Assembly: GCA_017617435.1 (NCBI GenBank) | Contig: JAFZWF010000010.1 | Span: forward strand, 11,952 to 75,951 | Origin: Bacilli bacterium | GTDB taxonomy: Bacteria > Bacillota_I > Bacilli_A > RF39 > UBA660 | Direction: 5' to 3' | DNA: 64,000 nucleotides | In this document: positions 26,472 to 34,763 of the stretch, piece by piece | How the letters are laid out: each line of letters opens with the position of its first letter | Position numbering within the stretch: the stretch's first letter is position 1 | Notes under the pieces: generated by a model | Database searches by the model: none | Seen by the model: the letters and a program-made list of their open reading frames with translations, nothing else | What the model was told of the DNA's origin: nothing | Position numbers and translations under genes: made by a program

Positions 26472-26480
26472 TGATATAAT
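26472..26480 (+). promoter_or_regulatory. Extended -10 element TGATATAAT
   Basis: TGnTATAAT with 15 nt between its 3' end and the ATG at 26496. AGGTGA RBS lies in between. Confidence 0.45.
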
Positions 26481-26495
26481 AAAGTAGGTGATAAT

Positions 26496-26846
26496 ATGAA
26501 ACTTTTAAAAAAATATACTTTATATTTAATAAGGTGGCAACTTAGTACACCAATACTTGCAATAGTTTTAAAACTACTTTCAAATATGAGTACTTTAACA
26601 GCAACCATTATAGCTAATTTAATTGGTGGTTTAATCTTCTTTTGGGTAGATAAAATAATTTTTAAGAAGAAATCTGATGTTCCTTTATGGGAAATAAAAG
26701 AAGATGTTATATGTTATGATTGCCATAAAAAAACAAAGGGTTACAGAATTGTAGAGTGGGGTAATTATGATAGAACAGAAGATAAAAATCCTCAATATAG
26801 ATGTAAAGATTGTAGTATAAAAAAGATGAAGATGATTGCTAAATAG
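26496..26846 (+). CDS. Small membrane protein (GtrA-like two-helix N-terminus) fused to a C-terminal zinc ribbon
   Basis: 116-aa ORF. TM segments LSTPILAIVLKLL and ATIIANLIGGLIFFWV. C-terminal CYDC...(28 aa)...CKDC. Confidence 0.6.
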   Translation: MKLLKKYTLYLIRWQLSTPILAIVLKLLSNMSTLTATIIANLIGGLIFFWVDKIIFKKKSDVPLWEIKEDVICYDCHKKTKGYRIVEWGNYDRTEDKNPQYRCKDCSIKKMKMIAK

Positions 26847-26889
26847 TGTATTTATCTATAAAATATATAGTATAAGGTGATGATAATTT

Positions 26890-27441
26890 ATGAATTTTGA
26901 TATGAATGATCCAAATATACAAAACTATTTAAATAAAATTATATCGCAAAATAGAATTGGTAATGTTTTACATAAAATAAATGATGCTTTAATTTTTAAT
27001 TATATTAAAGAACAACAAGAGTATGGTGTTGATGATTTTGATGCTGCAACACATAGAACTGATGATTTAATAGGATATGCAGATGAAGAACTAATTAGTT
27101 ATTTTTCGCAAGGAGCATGTAATGTTTATGCATATATACTTTGTAAAGTATTTGAAGGGCATGCAACTGCGTATGAAGATTGGAATCATGTTGCAACTAA
27201 AATTGGTGATAATTTTTATGACTATTGTGGAGTTAACTATAATTTTGCAAAAAATTCTTTAAGAGAATATGAAACAGAAAGCTTAATTGCTCCGCGGGAT
27301 AAAAGTAAAGTTTATGTTGGCTTTTATGAAGAAAAAACAGATGGTAAATATATTGAAATAGGAGTTAATGCAGGACGTAAATACATATATGAATGTGTTT
27401 ATGGTCCTATTGAAGAAGAAAAAGAAAACACACGTAAGTAA
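26890..27441 (+). CDS. Hypothetical protein
   Basis: 183-aa ORF with AAGGTGA RBS. No family recognised. Confidence 0.6.
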   Translation: MNFDMNDPNIQNYLNKIISQNRIGNVLHKINDALIFNYIKEQQEYGVDDFDAATHRTDDLIGYADEELISYFSQGACNVYAYILCKVFEGHATAYEDWNHVATKIGDNFYDYCGVNYNFAKNSLREYETESLIAPRDKSKVYVGFYEEKTDGKYIEIGVNAGRKYIYECVYGPIEEEKENTRK

Positions 27442-27460
27442 AACTTACGTGTGTATTTTT
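27431..27460. terminator. Terminator hairpin between convergent genes
   Basis: CACGTAAGT-AAA-ACTTACGTG followed by TGTATTTTT. It contains the stop codon of the plus-strand gene. Confidence 0.6.
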
Positions 27461-27467
27461 ATATATT

Positions 27468-28493
27468 TTATTTTTTAGGATCTATTAATATTTTAATAGC
27501 GTTATCAGTTCCTGATGTTAATCTTTCAAAAGCATGTTGTACTTCTTCTAGTGATACAACATCATCTATATATTTGGCAACATCTAGTTCTTTTTTAGAT
27601 ATCATATCAATACAACTGATGAATTCTTCCTTGGTATATGCTATTGCACCAAATAATTTTTGTTCTTTAGTAACTGCTAGTATTGAAGGAATTGATATAT
27701 TTTCCATAGATACACCAACAAGAATAATTGTACCATTTGGTTTAGCAGTAACTAATGCATTTGATACACAAGCTGAGTTACCACAACAATCAATTACTAC
27801 GTCGTATCCATAAGGATTATTTTCTAATACTTTTTGAGTAAAGTTTTCATCAAGTGCATTACAATATTTATCTGCACTTCCAAGAAGCACAGCTTTTTCT
27901 CCTCTTAAAGTGTTTGCTTCAGATAGAGCTACAAATTTAGCACCTTTTTTCTTTGCTATTAAGGCAGATAACTGACCAATTATTCCACCACCCATAACTA
28001 ATACATTATCTGTTGGTTTTATGTTTGCTAAGTTTACGGCATGAAGAGCAACTGCAGTTGGTTCTACCATAGCGCCTTCTTCATCGGTGACATTATCTGG
28101 AACTTTTATAACTAAATCTGCTCTTGCAGTTGTTTTTTCTGCATAAGCACCAGGATTAGTTAGAGATAGACCAATTGCTTCATTCCATGTTGAAGGGCAG
28201 TATTGTGGATTACCTGACTTACATGCTTCACATTCACCACATGGTGAAATAGGAAGGGCAGTAACTCTATCACCAATTTTTAAATCTGTTCTTGATCCAG
28301 GATCAAGAACCTTACCACAAAATTCGTGTCCCATTACTAAAGTTTGTGGCTGACCCATAACCCAGTAATGAATATCTGATCCACAGATACCAGCTTTATT
28401 TACTTCAATTAATACACTACCATTTATACTTTTTGGTTCAGTAATAAGTGCAGGGCTTAATTCTTTAGGTCCTTTTATTGCTACACATTTCAT
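27468..28493 (-). CDS. Zinc-dependent medium-chain alcohol/polyol dehydrogenase (threonine/sorbitol/butanediol dehydrogenase-like)
   Basis: GICGSDIHYW, GHEFCGKV, structural-zinc cluster CGECEACKSGNPQYC, Rossmann VMGGGIIG. AAGGAG RBS. Confidence 0.9.
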   Translation of the reverse strand: MKCVAIKGPKELSPALITEPKSINGSVLIEVNKAGICGSDIHYWVMGQPQTLVMGHEFCGKVLDPGSRTDLKIGDRVTALPISPCGECEACKSGNPQYCPSTWNEAIGLSLTNPGAYAEKTTARADLVIKVPDNVTDEEGAMVEPTAVALHAVNLANIKPTDNVLVMGGGIIGQLSALIAKKKGAKFVALSEANTLRGEKAVLLGSADKYCNALDENFTQKVLENNPYGYDVVIDCCGNSACVSNALVTAKPNGTIILVGVSMENISIPSILAVTKEQKLFGAIAYTKEEFISCIDMISKKELDVAKYIDDVVSLEEVQHAFERLTSGTDNAIKILIDPKK

Positions 28494-28600
28494 TATTATC
28501 TTTCTCCTTATTCTTACATTAATTATTATAACAATAAATATATTTTTTTACTAGAAAACTGTTTTTATGATAGTATAGTAAATGTAGATATGTGTAATAT

Positions 28601-28677
28601 GCGCTTATAGCTCAACTGGATAGAGCATTAGTCTTCGGAACTAAGTGTTGGGGGTTCGACTCCCTCTAAGCGCACCA
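28601..28677 (+). tRNA. tRNA-Arg (anticodon TCG)
   Basis: Acceptor GCGCTTA/TAAGCGC, D-arm GCTC-AACTGGATA-GAGC, anticodon stem TTAGT/ACTAA with loop CTTCGGA, T-loop TTCGACT, discriminator A, encoded CCA. Confidence 0.9.
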
Positions 28678-28709
28678 TATATATATACTTAAATAAGTAG
28701 GTGATTTAA

Positions 28710-29450
28710 TTGGATAATATAATAGTTGGAATAATTCCTTCATCTTTTATAAGAACAGATGATAACCCATATCATGACACATATAATTGTCTTCATTTAT
28801 ATGTTAATAAATTAGAAGAATGTAATGCATCTTGCATAGGATTAATACCAAAGGGAAATATTATACCTGAGAACTTGTTAGACAAATGTGATGCATTTTT
28901 AATTCAAGGTGGGCAAAAGATATCTTTTTACCATTATCAAGTTATTGAATATGCAATTAAAAATAATAAGCCTTTATTAGGTATATGCATGGGAATGCAA
29001 GCTATTGGTATTTATAGTAAGGTTATGGAAAATGTTGAAATTTTTAATGAAGCAAATTTTTATAAAGAATATGATAGATTAAAAAGTGAAAATGAAGAAA
29101 GTTTACTTGAAAGATTAGAAGAAGGTAATATTCATAGTCACTATATTAATTATGATAATTATAAAACAGCATATCATAAGGTTCAGTTAATTAATAAATC
29201 ATCTATTTTATATGATGTATATAAGGTTGATGAGAAAGATGAAGTTTCTCTTCACGATTATAAACTTAAGTATGTTGGTAATAACTTTACTGTAGGCGCT
29301 ACTACAAATGATAATGTAATTGAAGAAATTGAATATAATAATAAAGACTATTTTATTGTTGGGACTTTATTTCATGTGGAGTGGGATGAAGATAAGCTAC
29401 TATTTAAAAGATTAATAGATGAAGCTATAAAAAGAAGAAATATTATTTAA
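28710..29450 (+). CDS. Class I glutamine amidotransferase-like hydrolase (peptidase C26 / gamma-glutamyl-GABA hydrolase family)
   Basis: TTG start 6 nt after AGGTGA. Nucleophile elbow PLLGICMGMQAIG and C-terminal FHVEW (His/Glu of the triad). Flanked by tRNA genes 32 nt upstream and 14 nt downstream. Confidence 0.75.
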   Translation: MDNIIVGIIPSSFIRTDDNPYHDTYNCLHLYVNKLEECNASCIGLIPKGNIIPENLLDKCDAFLIQGGQKISFYHYQVIEYAIKNNKPLLGICMGMQAIGIYSKVMENVEIFNEANFYKEYDRLKSENEESLLERLEEGNIHSHYINYDNYKTAYHKVQLINKSSILYDVYKVDEKDEVSLHDYKLKYVGNNFTVGATTNDNVIEEIEYNNKDYFIVGTLFHVEWDEDKLLFKRLIDEAIKRRNII

Positions 29451-29464
29451 ATATTTCTCTTAAT

Positions 29465-29540
29465 GCTGAAATAGCTCAATTGGTAGAGCATCTGAATCGT
29501 AATCAGGAGGTTGCGGGTTCAATTCCTGCTTTCAGCACCA
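29465..29540 (+). tRNA. tRNA-Thr (anticodon CGT)
   Basis: Acceptor GCTGAAA/TTTCAGC, D-arm GCTC-AATTGGTA-GAGC, anticodon stem TCTGA/TCAGG with loop ATCGTAA, T-arm GCGGG-TTCAATT-CCTGC, discriminator A, encoded CCA. Confidence 0.9.
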
Positions 29541-29551
29541 TAATTATAGAT

Positions 29552-29582
29552 AAACTCGAAACTTTTTGTTTCGAGTTTTTTT
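29552..29582 (+). terminator. Rho-independent terminator after tRNA-Thr(CGT)
   Basis: AAACTCGAAAC-TTTTTG-TTTCGAGTTT followed by a T-run. Confidence 0.7.
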
Positions 29583-29590
29583 ATTATGTA

Positions 29591-29599
29591 TGTTATAAT
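29591..29599 (+). promoter_or_regulatory. Extended -10 element TGTTATAAT
   Basis: TGnTATAAT with 35 nt between its 3' end and the ATG at 29635. Confidence 0.4.
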
Positions 29600-29634
29600 T
29601 ATGATAAATAAAAGGTTTATAAGGAGGTTTTGTT

Positions 29635-30054
29635 ATGAGTAGAAGAGATCTTTTATACATCACGATTATCATCTTATTAATTATTCTTATTTTTACAGTC
29701 AGAAAATCAACAAGAAAAAAATATGAGGAGTATAGTGTTAAGTCATTAACTGTGTTTGGTCAGAAAGTTGAAGTTTCACCAAAGAAAAGAGTTTATAGAG
29801 TTAGCGTTGAAAGTGCAGAAATAAAAGAAACAGCTAATGGATGTGAAGAACCATATAAAATTGAATTAACTAATGGTTATGAAGTTGTCGGTGGTGTTAA
29901 ATATATTATTAAAAATAAATATGTATCATACTACTATATTAATGTTGGTAAAGACGGAAAAGATGAAAATAAGAATAAAGTAGATGCATATGATATATTT
30001 ATAGAAGTTGAATCTAGTACTCCAATTAAAATAGCAGAAAGTTGTAACATATAA
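29635..30054 (+). CDS. Hypothetical membrane-anchored protein
   Basis: 139-aa ORF with AAGGAGG RBS and an N-terminal TM helix LLYITIIILLIILIFTV. Confidence 0.6.
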   Translation: MSRRDLLYITIIILLIILIFTVRKSTRKKYEEYSVKSLTVFGQKVEVSPKKRVYRVSVESAEIKETANGCEEPYKIELTNGYEVVGGVKYIIKNKYVSYYYINVGKDGKDENKNKVDAYDIFIEVESSTPIKIAESCNI

Positions 30055-30071
30055 TAATTTAATTAAAACAT

Positions 30072-30102
30072 ATTCCTCAATATTATATTGAGGAATTTTT
30101 TT
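30072..30102 (+). terminator. Rho-independent terminator
   Basis: ATTCCTCAATA-TTA-TATTGAGGAAT followed by TTTTTT. Confidence 0.7.
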
Positions 30103-30110
30103 GTATTCCA

Positions 30111-30119
30111 TGTTATAAT
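30111..30119 (+). promoter_or_regulatory. Extended -10 element TGTTATAAT
   Basis: TGnTATAAT with 25 nt between its 3' end and the ATG at 30145. It lies downstream of the track ORF start (30088), which argues for the shorter gene. Confidence 0.45.
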
Positions 30120-30144
30120 ATGCCCAAGAAAGGAGCATAGTTTT

Positions 30145-31020
30145 ATGTTTGATTTTAAAGAATTAAATTTACAATTTGAATCTTATTTATCTTTTGCAGC
30201 TAAATATGCTAATATGGCAAAAGAATGTAAGAAATTTTTTAAAGAAAATAAAACGGATATTATAAGATTGCAGCAAGACTATGATTGTTTAGATTTTTCA
30301 ACTGATGCTCCTAAAAAATTTCTAAGAGATAATGAAATATTAAGAAATTTTAATAATATGAAATTTTTAAAAGATTATTATGAAAGTAGAAGAAATGATT
30401 GTTTATCTCAAACATCTTGTTGCAAACAAAATGCTAAAATAACTCTTTTAATAGATAACGAATTAGATAATCAGTATTTTTATGATACTGAATCAAAAGA
30501 AATTCTTGATCTAAGAGATTATCAAGGTAAACAAATAGAGTTTATGATTACTTTATTAATTAATGCAAATTCATTTATTGGTAAAGTAGATTTTATGGAT
30601 TTATCACTTATATCTAACATTGCATTTCAAATAAATGAAGAAGATATAAAATCAAGAAATAAATATATTTATACTGAATATTTAAAAACTATTAAAAATG
30701 ATAATAAAAGAATTAAACATGAAGAAAGAAAAAGAACTTTTGAGTTTATTTTAAATTTAAAGAACGAATATTATAAAAATTATCAGTCATTAAGTAATCA
30801 GTATAATGAAAATATAATTGATATCTATGCATTTATGATACTATCTGGTGAAAATATGGAAAAACTATTTTTATGCGCTAGAGATGAAGATAAAGATAAA
30901 ATAATAGATGCATATATTAAACTTTCATCATATAATGAAGATAACCCTTACGGTATAAACTTTAGAACTTCATCACAACTTATTAATGATGAAACATATT
31001 TAAGAATACAAAAAAGATAA
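30145..31020 (+). CDS. Hypothetical protein
   Basis: The track ORF starts at 30088, inside the terminator. ATG 30145 (MFDFKELN...) follows AAGGAG. 291 aa, no family recognised. Confidence 0.6.
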   Translation: MFDFKELNLQFESYLSFAAKYANMAKECKKFFKENKTDIIRLQQDYDCLDFSTDAPKKFLRDNEILRNFNNMKFLKDYYESRRNDCLSQTSCCKQNAKITLLIDNELDNQYFYDTESKEILDLRDYQGKQIEFMITLLINANSFIGKVDFMDLSLISNIAFQINEEDIKSRNKYIYTEYLKTIKNDNKRIKHEERKRTFEFILNLKNEYYKNYQSLSNQYNENIIDIYAFMILSGENMEKLFLCARDEDKDKIIDAYIKLSSYNEDNPYGINFRTSSQLINDETYLRIQKR

Positions 31021-31042
31021 TCTTTTTTAGATTATCTTTTTT
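31012..31042. terminator. Bidirectional terminator between convergent genes
   Basis: AAAAGATAATC-N7-GATTATCTTTT with T-run. It overlaps both stop codons. Confidence 0.65.
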
Positions 31043-32513
31043 AATTTATTAAGTTATCAGATAAGAATTCAGGTTCGCATGTTAAGTTAATTCTTAATTT
31101 TTTAATTGAATTTAGTTCTCCATCTTGAATTATGAATGTTGAATGAGCCTCACAGCTTTCAAGTTTTTTCAAACTATCAATTGCTTTACCAATAATTGGA
31201 TTTGTTACAGAACAAATACTAAGAGCAATTAATGTTTCTTGAAGTGTTAATACATTTTCAAATGGGTTATTGGAATTTTTAAGTTTCAAAATTGGTTTTA
31301 AGACATTACTTGATAGTAAATCAACATCATCTGGTATTTTTGTTAATTCTTTAATGGCATTTATAATTAAACTGCTTGCCGGTGATAATAAATCAGTTTG
31401 TCTTCCTGTAATAATTTTACCATTTGGAAGTTCAAGTGCGATTGATGGAAGACCACAATCATTTATTTTCTTTCTTGCCGCTTCTATAACAGGAAGAATT
31501 GTGTCATCGATTCCAAGTTCATTAATTAATAATTTAACTTTTTGAGGTGTATCTTCATCAACTAAACCTAATTTGTAATTAGATAGTTCATTATAGTATC
31601 TTCTTAATACTTCTTTTTTAGATGCTTCACAAACTACATCATCATCACAAATACAGTTACCAACCATGTTAACACCCATATCAGTAGGTGAGTTATAAAT
31701 TGATGCCCCTGTAATTCTTGTTAGAATGTTTTTTAGAACCGGGAACATTTCTAGATCTCTATTATAATTAATTGCTGTAATTCCATACTTTTCTAAATGG
31801 AAATAATCAATTTGGTTTACATCTTTTAAATCAGCTGTTGCAGCTTCGTAAGCTATATTTACAGGATGTTTTAGTGGTAAATTCCAAACAGGGAATGTTT
31901 CGAATTTTGCATAACCAGCATTAACACCGTTTTTATGTTCGTGATATAACTGTGATAGACAAGTTGCTAGTTTTCCTGATCCTGGACCTGGAGCATTAAC
32001 TAGTATTAATTTTTTAGTTGTTTTAACATATGGGTTTTTACCGTATCCTTCCTCACTAACAATTGTATCAACATCTGTTGGATAACCTTTAGTATAGGTA
32101 TGGATATATGTTTTAATACCTTGTCTATTAAGTTTTTTAATATATTTATCAACAGATGGTTGATTTTTATAAAGAGTTATAACAACACTATTTACTTTAA
32201 AACCTAAACTTTCTGATTTGTTAATTATTTTAATTAACTCTGTATCATATGTTATTCCATAGTCACCACGTGTTTTATTTTTTTCAATGTCTCCAGCATT
32301 GATACAAAATATAATTTCTAAATCGTCTTTTAATTCTTGAAACATTGATATTTTGGCATCACTTTTAAAACCTGGTAAAACTCTTGCTGCATGTTGATCA
32401 TCAAAAAGTTTACCTCCAACTTCAAGATATAATTTATCAAATAAATTAAACCTTTCTTTAATATGTTCACTTTGTATTTTTACATATTTATCATTATCAA
32501 ATCCTTTTTTCAT
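31041..32513 (-). CDS. DUF1846 / UPF0371 family protein
   Basis: The track ORF reaches 32549. The Met at 32513 (MKKGFDNDKYVKIQSEHIKERF...) follows GGGAGAG and matches the characteristic family N-terminus. Also LEVGGKLFDDQHAARVLPGF. Confidence 0.8.
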   Translation of the reverse strand: MKKGFDNDKYVKIQSEHIKERFNLFDKLYLEVGGKLFDDQHAARVLPGFKSDAKISMFQELKDDLEIIFCINAGDIEKNKTRGDYGITYDTELIKIINKSESLGFKVNSVVITLYKNQPSVDKYIKKLNRQGIKTYIHTYTKGYPTDVDTIVSEEGYGKNPYVKTTKKLILVNAPGPGSGKLATCLSQLYHEHKNGVNAGYAKFETFPVWNLPLKHPVNIAYEAATADLKDVNQIDYFHLEKYGITAINYNRDLEMFPVLKNILTRITGASIYNSPTDMGVNMVGNCICDDDVVCEASKKEVLRRYYNELSNYKLGLVDEDTPQKVKLLINELGIDDTILPVIEAARKKINDCGLPSIALELPNGKIITGRQTDLLSPASSLIINAIKELTKIPDDVDLLSSNVLKPILKLKNSNNPFENVLTLQETLIALSICSVTNPIIGKAIDSLKKLESCEAHSTFIIQDGELNSIKKLRINLTCEPEFLSDNLIN

Positions 32514-32588
32514 ATTAACTACTCTCCCATAATAAAATGATATCATCATGTCAAAAACATTATAAGTATTTTATTAAAAAATTTTTTG

Positions 32589-32597
32589 TGATATAAT
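32589..32597 (+). promoter_or_regulatory. Extended -10 element TGATATAAT
   Basis: TGnTATAAT with 32 nt between its 3' end and the ATG at 32630. Confidence 0.4.
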
Positions 32598-32629
32598 TAA
32601 AGTGACACCCCAAGTCATGAGGTGATTTT

Positions 32630-33064
32630 ATGGGAATTGTTTATGATCAAGCTAAACTATTTATGAGGAAATATCCTGGCAGTATGGTTTTTCGTATAAA
32701 AAAACATGCAAGTGTTGTTGAAAGACATTTAAATCCTGGAGAAAAAGTTCAATTTGTTTTTGTTGGTCAAAAAAATAGTAGTCCATTTGATTGGTTTTCA
32801 TCTTGTACATTTGCAATTACTGATAGAAGAATCTTAATTGGAAGAAAAAGATTATTTTGGGGATATTTTTTAAGTGCGATTACTCCAGATTTATATAATG
32901 ATATGCAAGTATATCAAGGTTTAATATGGGGTGGTGTAACAATTGATACTGTAAAAGAAGAAATTGTTATTTCAAACGTATCTAAAAAAGGTTTAGATGA
33001 AATAGAAACTCGTATTTCTGAATTTATGATGGAAGAAAAGAAGAAATACAAGAGTTGTAATTAA
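32630..33064 (+). CDS. Bacterial PH-domain (YokE-like) protein
   Basis: 144-aa ORF with GAGGTGA RBS. The pattern HLNPGEKVQFVFVGQ...FAITDRRILIG resembles bacterial PH domains. Assignment by eye only. Confidence 0.55.
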   Translation: MGIVYDQAKLFMRKYPGSMVFRIKKHASVVERHLNPGEKVQFVFVGQKNSSPFDWFSSCTFAITDRRILIGRKRLFWGYFLSAITPDLYNDMQVYQGLIWGGVTIDTVKEEIVISNVSKKGLDEIETRISEFMMEEKKKYKSCN

Positions 33065-33075
33065 AGGAGTTTAAC

Positions 33076-34185
33076 ATGAAAAAGTTGAAAATAATGATAA
33101 CTATCATCATTTTATCTTTCAGCTTTTTTTTAATGATATATTCTAAAAAAAGAAGTTATGAACTTAGCTATGATAATAATGGATTTAAGGTATTTGAAAA
33201 ATACATTAAAGAAGATAACAAATATATCATTAAAATTACAAAGGGTAGTGAAAGTTTTAATTTTATAATTAATGATAAATATCATAAAAACAGAAAACTT
33301 GTAAGTAATATTAAGAAATACGAAAATGATGATGAGGTTTGTTTAGAAATCAAATTTAATAATAAAAACAATGTTTTACCAACATGTAAAAAAGGAAATG
33401 ATGTTATTTCATATTACTTGACAAGTAAAAAAATGAAAAATAACTTTAAAAAAAGAAATTATCAAGAAAAAGTAAAAACATCAAAATATAGTTATAAAAA
33501 TATTGATGTTAAATCTTTAAATGGTAAAAAGGTACTGATTTGGAATTATCATGGCTTTTATTATTTAAGTGATAATGATAAAAAAAATATTGATATTGTA
33601 AAAAATGATGTTTATAATCCATCACTTGTTGGTCAAATAGATAATTATCTAGTTATTCCTAACTATGATCAAGGCTATGAATATAAATCATTAAAAATAT
33701 TTAATGTAGATAATTTTGATGTTTCAAAATTATCTATATCAAAAAACCTATCAGGTGATAGTTATGTTCTTGGCGTTAATGATAAAAGTATTTTTATTTA
33801 TGACACTAAATATGAAAGAGAACTTGAAATTGTTCCTTATAAACTTAAGTATCGCTTTTTAAATAATCTTTATATTTATGATAAAGGTAAAGTCGTAAGC
33901 AAAACATCAAATGCTTTAAATAATAATATTGCTTTTATATATGATACTGACTATGAATATGTTTTAGATAATAACAAGTTATACAGAACTAATAAATATA
34001 ATTCTGATAAAGAACTTATAAGTAATAAAGATATTAAAGAAATAGTTAAAAAAGATAATGGTGAGGTATACTATATTTCTAAAAATAGCTTATATTCTTA
34101 TTCTGATAAATATGGTGAAGTCGAAATGCTTGAATATTTTGAACTAGACTTTAATTATAAAAATATAATTTATATTTTTAACTAA
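33076..34185 (+). CDS. Hypothetical membrane-anchored protein
   Basis: 369-aa ORF with AAAGGAG RBS. N-terminal TM helix IMITIIILSFSFFLMIY. The remainder is Asn/Lys/Tyr-rich and beta-rich. Confidence 0.6.
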   Translation: MKKLKIMITIIILSFSFFLMIYSKKRSYELSYDNNGFKVFEKYIKEDNKYIIKITKGSESFNFIINDKYHKNRKLVSNIKKYENDDEVCLEIKFNNKNNVLPTCKKGNDVISYYLTSKKMKNNFKKRNYQEKVKTSKYSYKNIDVKSLNGKKVLIWNYHGFYYLSDNDKKNIDIVKNDVYNPSLVGQIDNYLVIPNYDQGYEYKSLKIFNVDNFDVSKLSISKNLSGDSYVLGVNDKSIFIYDTKYERELEIVPYKLKYRFLNNLYIYDKGKVVSKTSNALNNNIAFIYDTDYEYVLDNNKLYRTNKYNSDKELISNKDIKEIVKKDNGEVYYISKNSLYSYSDKYGEVEMLEYFELDFNYKNIIYIFN

Positions 34186-34227
34186 CATCTTTTTATATTT
34201 ATCATACCTTATATTAGGAGTGATAAT

Positions 34228-34677
34228 ATGTTTGATACTTACCTTGTAAAAAAAGGAGACACTTTAGATTCAATATCAAGAAAATATAATGTTTCTAAAT
34301 CATATTTGATTGATATTAATAATATATTTTTTGAAGATGATATTAAAGAGGGAAGAGAGTTAATAGTTCCTAAAGTAGAAGATGTTTATTTTGATACATA
34401 TGTAATTGAAAAAGGGGATACATTATATGCTATTTCAAGAAGATATAACGTTAATCCTGAACTTTTATCAGCAGTTAATGGAATAAATAAAGAAGATTAT
34501 ATATATCCTGGTCAAAAAATAATGATACCTAAAAGTGGGTATAGCTACTATATAACTGCTGATGGAGATACACTTGATATTGTGAAAAATGCATTTAATA
34601 CAACTTATGATAAATTACTTGATGAAAATAAAACAGTATACTTAATGCCAGAACAATTAATTGTTTTAAAAAAATAA
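34228..34677 (+). CDS. Protein made of three LysM repeats, no signal peptide
   Basis: LysM units YLVKKGDTLDSISRKYNVSKSYLIDINNI, YVIEKGDTLYAISRRYNVNPELLSAVNGI and YITADGDTLDIVKNAFNTTYDKLLDEN. AGGAG RBS. Confidence 0.8.
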   Translation: MFDTYLVKKGDTLDSISRKYNVSKSYLIDINNIFFEDDIKEGRELIVPKVEDVYFDTYVIEKGDTLYAISRRYNVNPELLSAVNGINKEDYIYPGQKIMIPKSGYSYYITADGDTLDIVKNAFNTTYDKLLDENKTVYLMPEQLIVLKK

Positions 34678-34678
34678 A

Positions 34679-34721
34679 GCATGATTTGAAGAGTTAAAAC
34701 TCTACCAATCATGTTTTTTTT
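34679..34721 (+). terminator. Rho-independent terminator
   Basis: GCATGATT...(inner GAGTT/AACTC)...AATCATGT extended hairpin followed by T8. Confidence 0.6.
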
Positions 34722-34763
34722 ATGTTAATATTATATATAGAAATAATAAAAGGAGTGGTTAAT

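Noticed and set aside
27451-27813. 120-aa plus-strand ORF.
   Set aside because: It is antisense to the Zn-dependent alcohol dehydrogenase, whose motifs (GHEFCGKV, the structural-zinc Cys cluster and the Rossmann fold) are unambiguous. It has no RBS, and its start lies inside the terminator.
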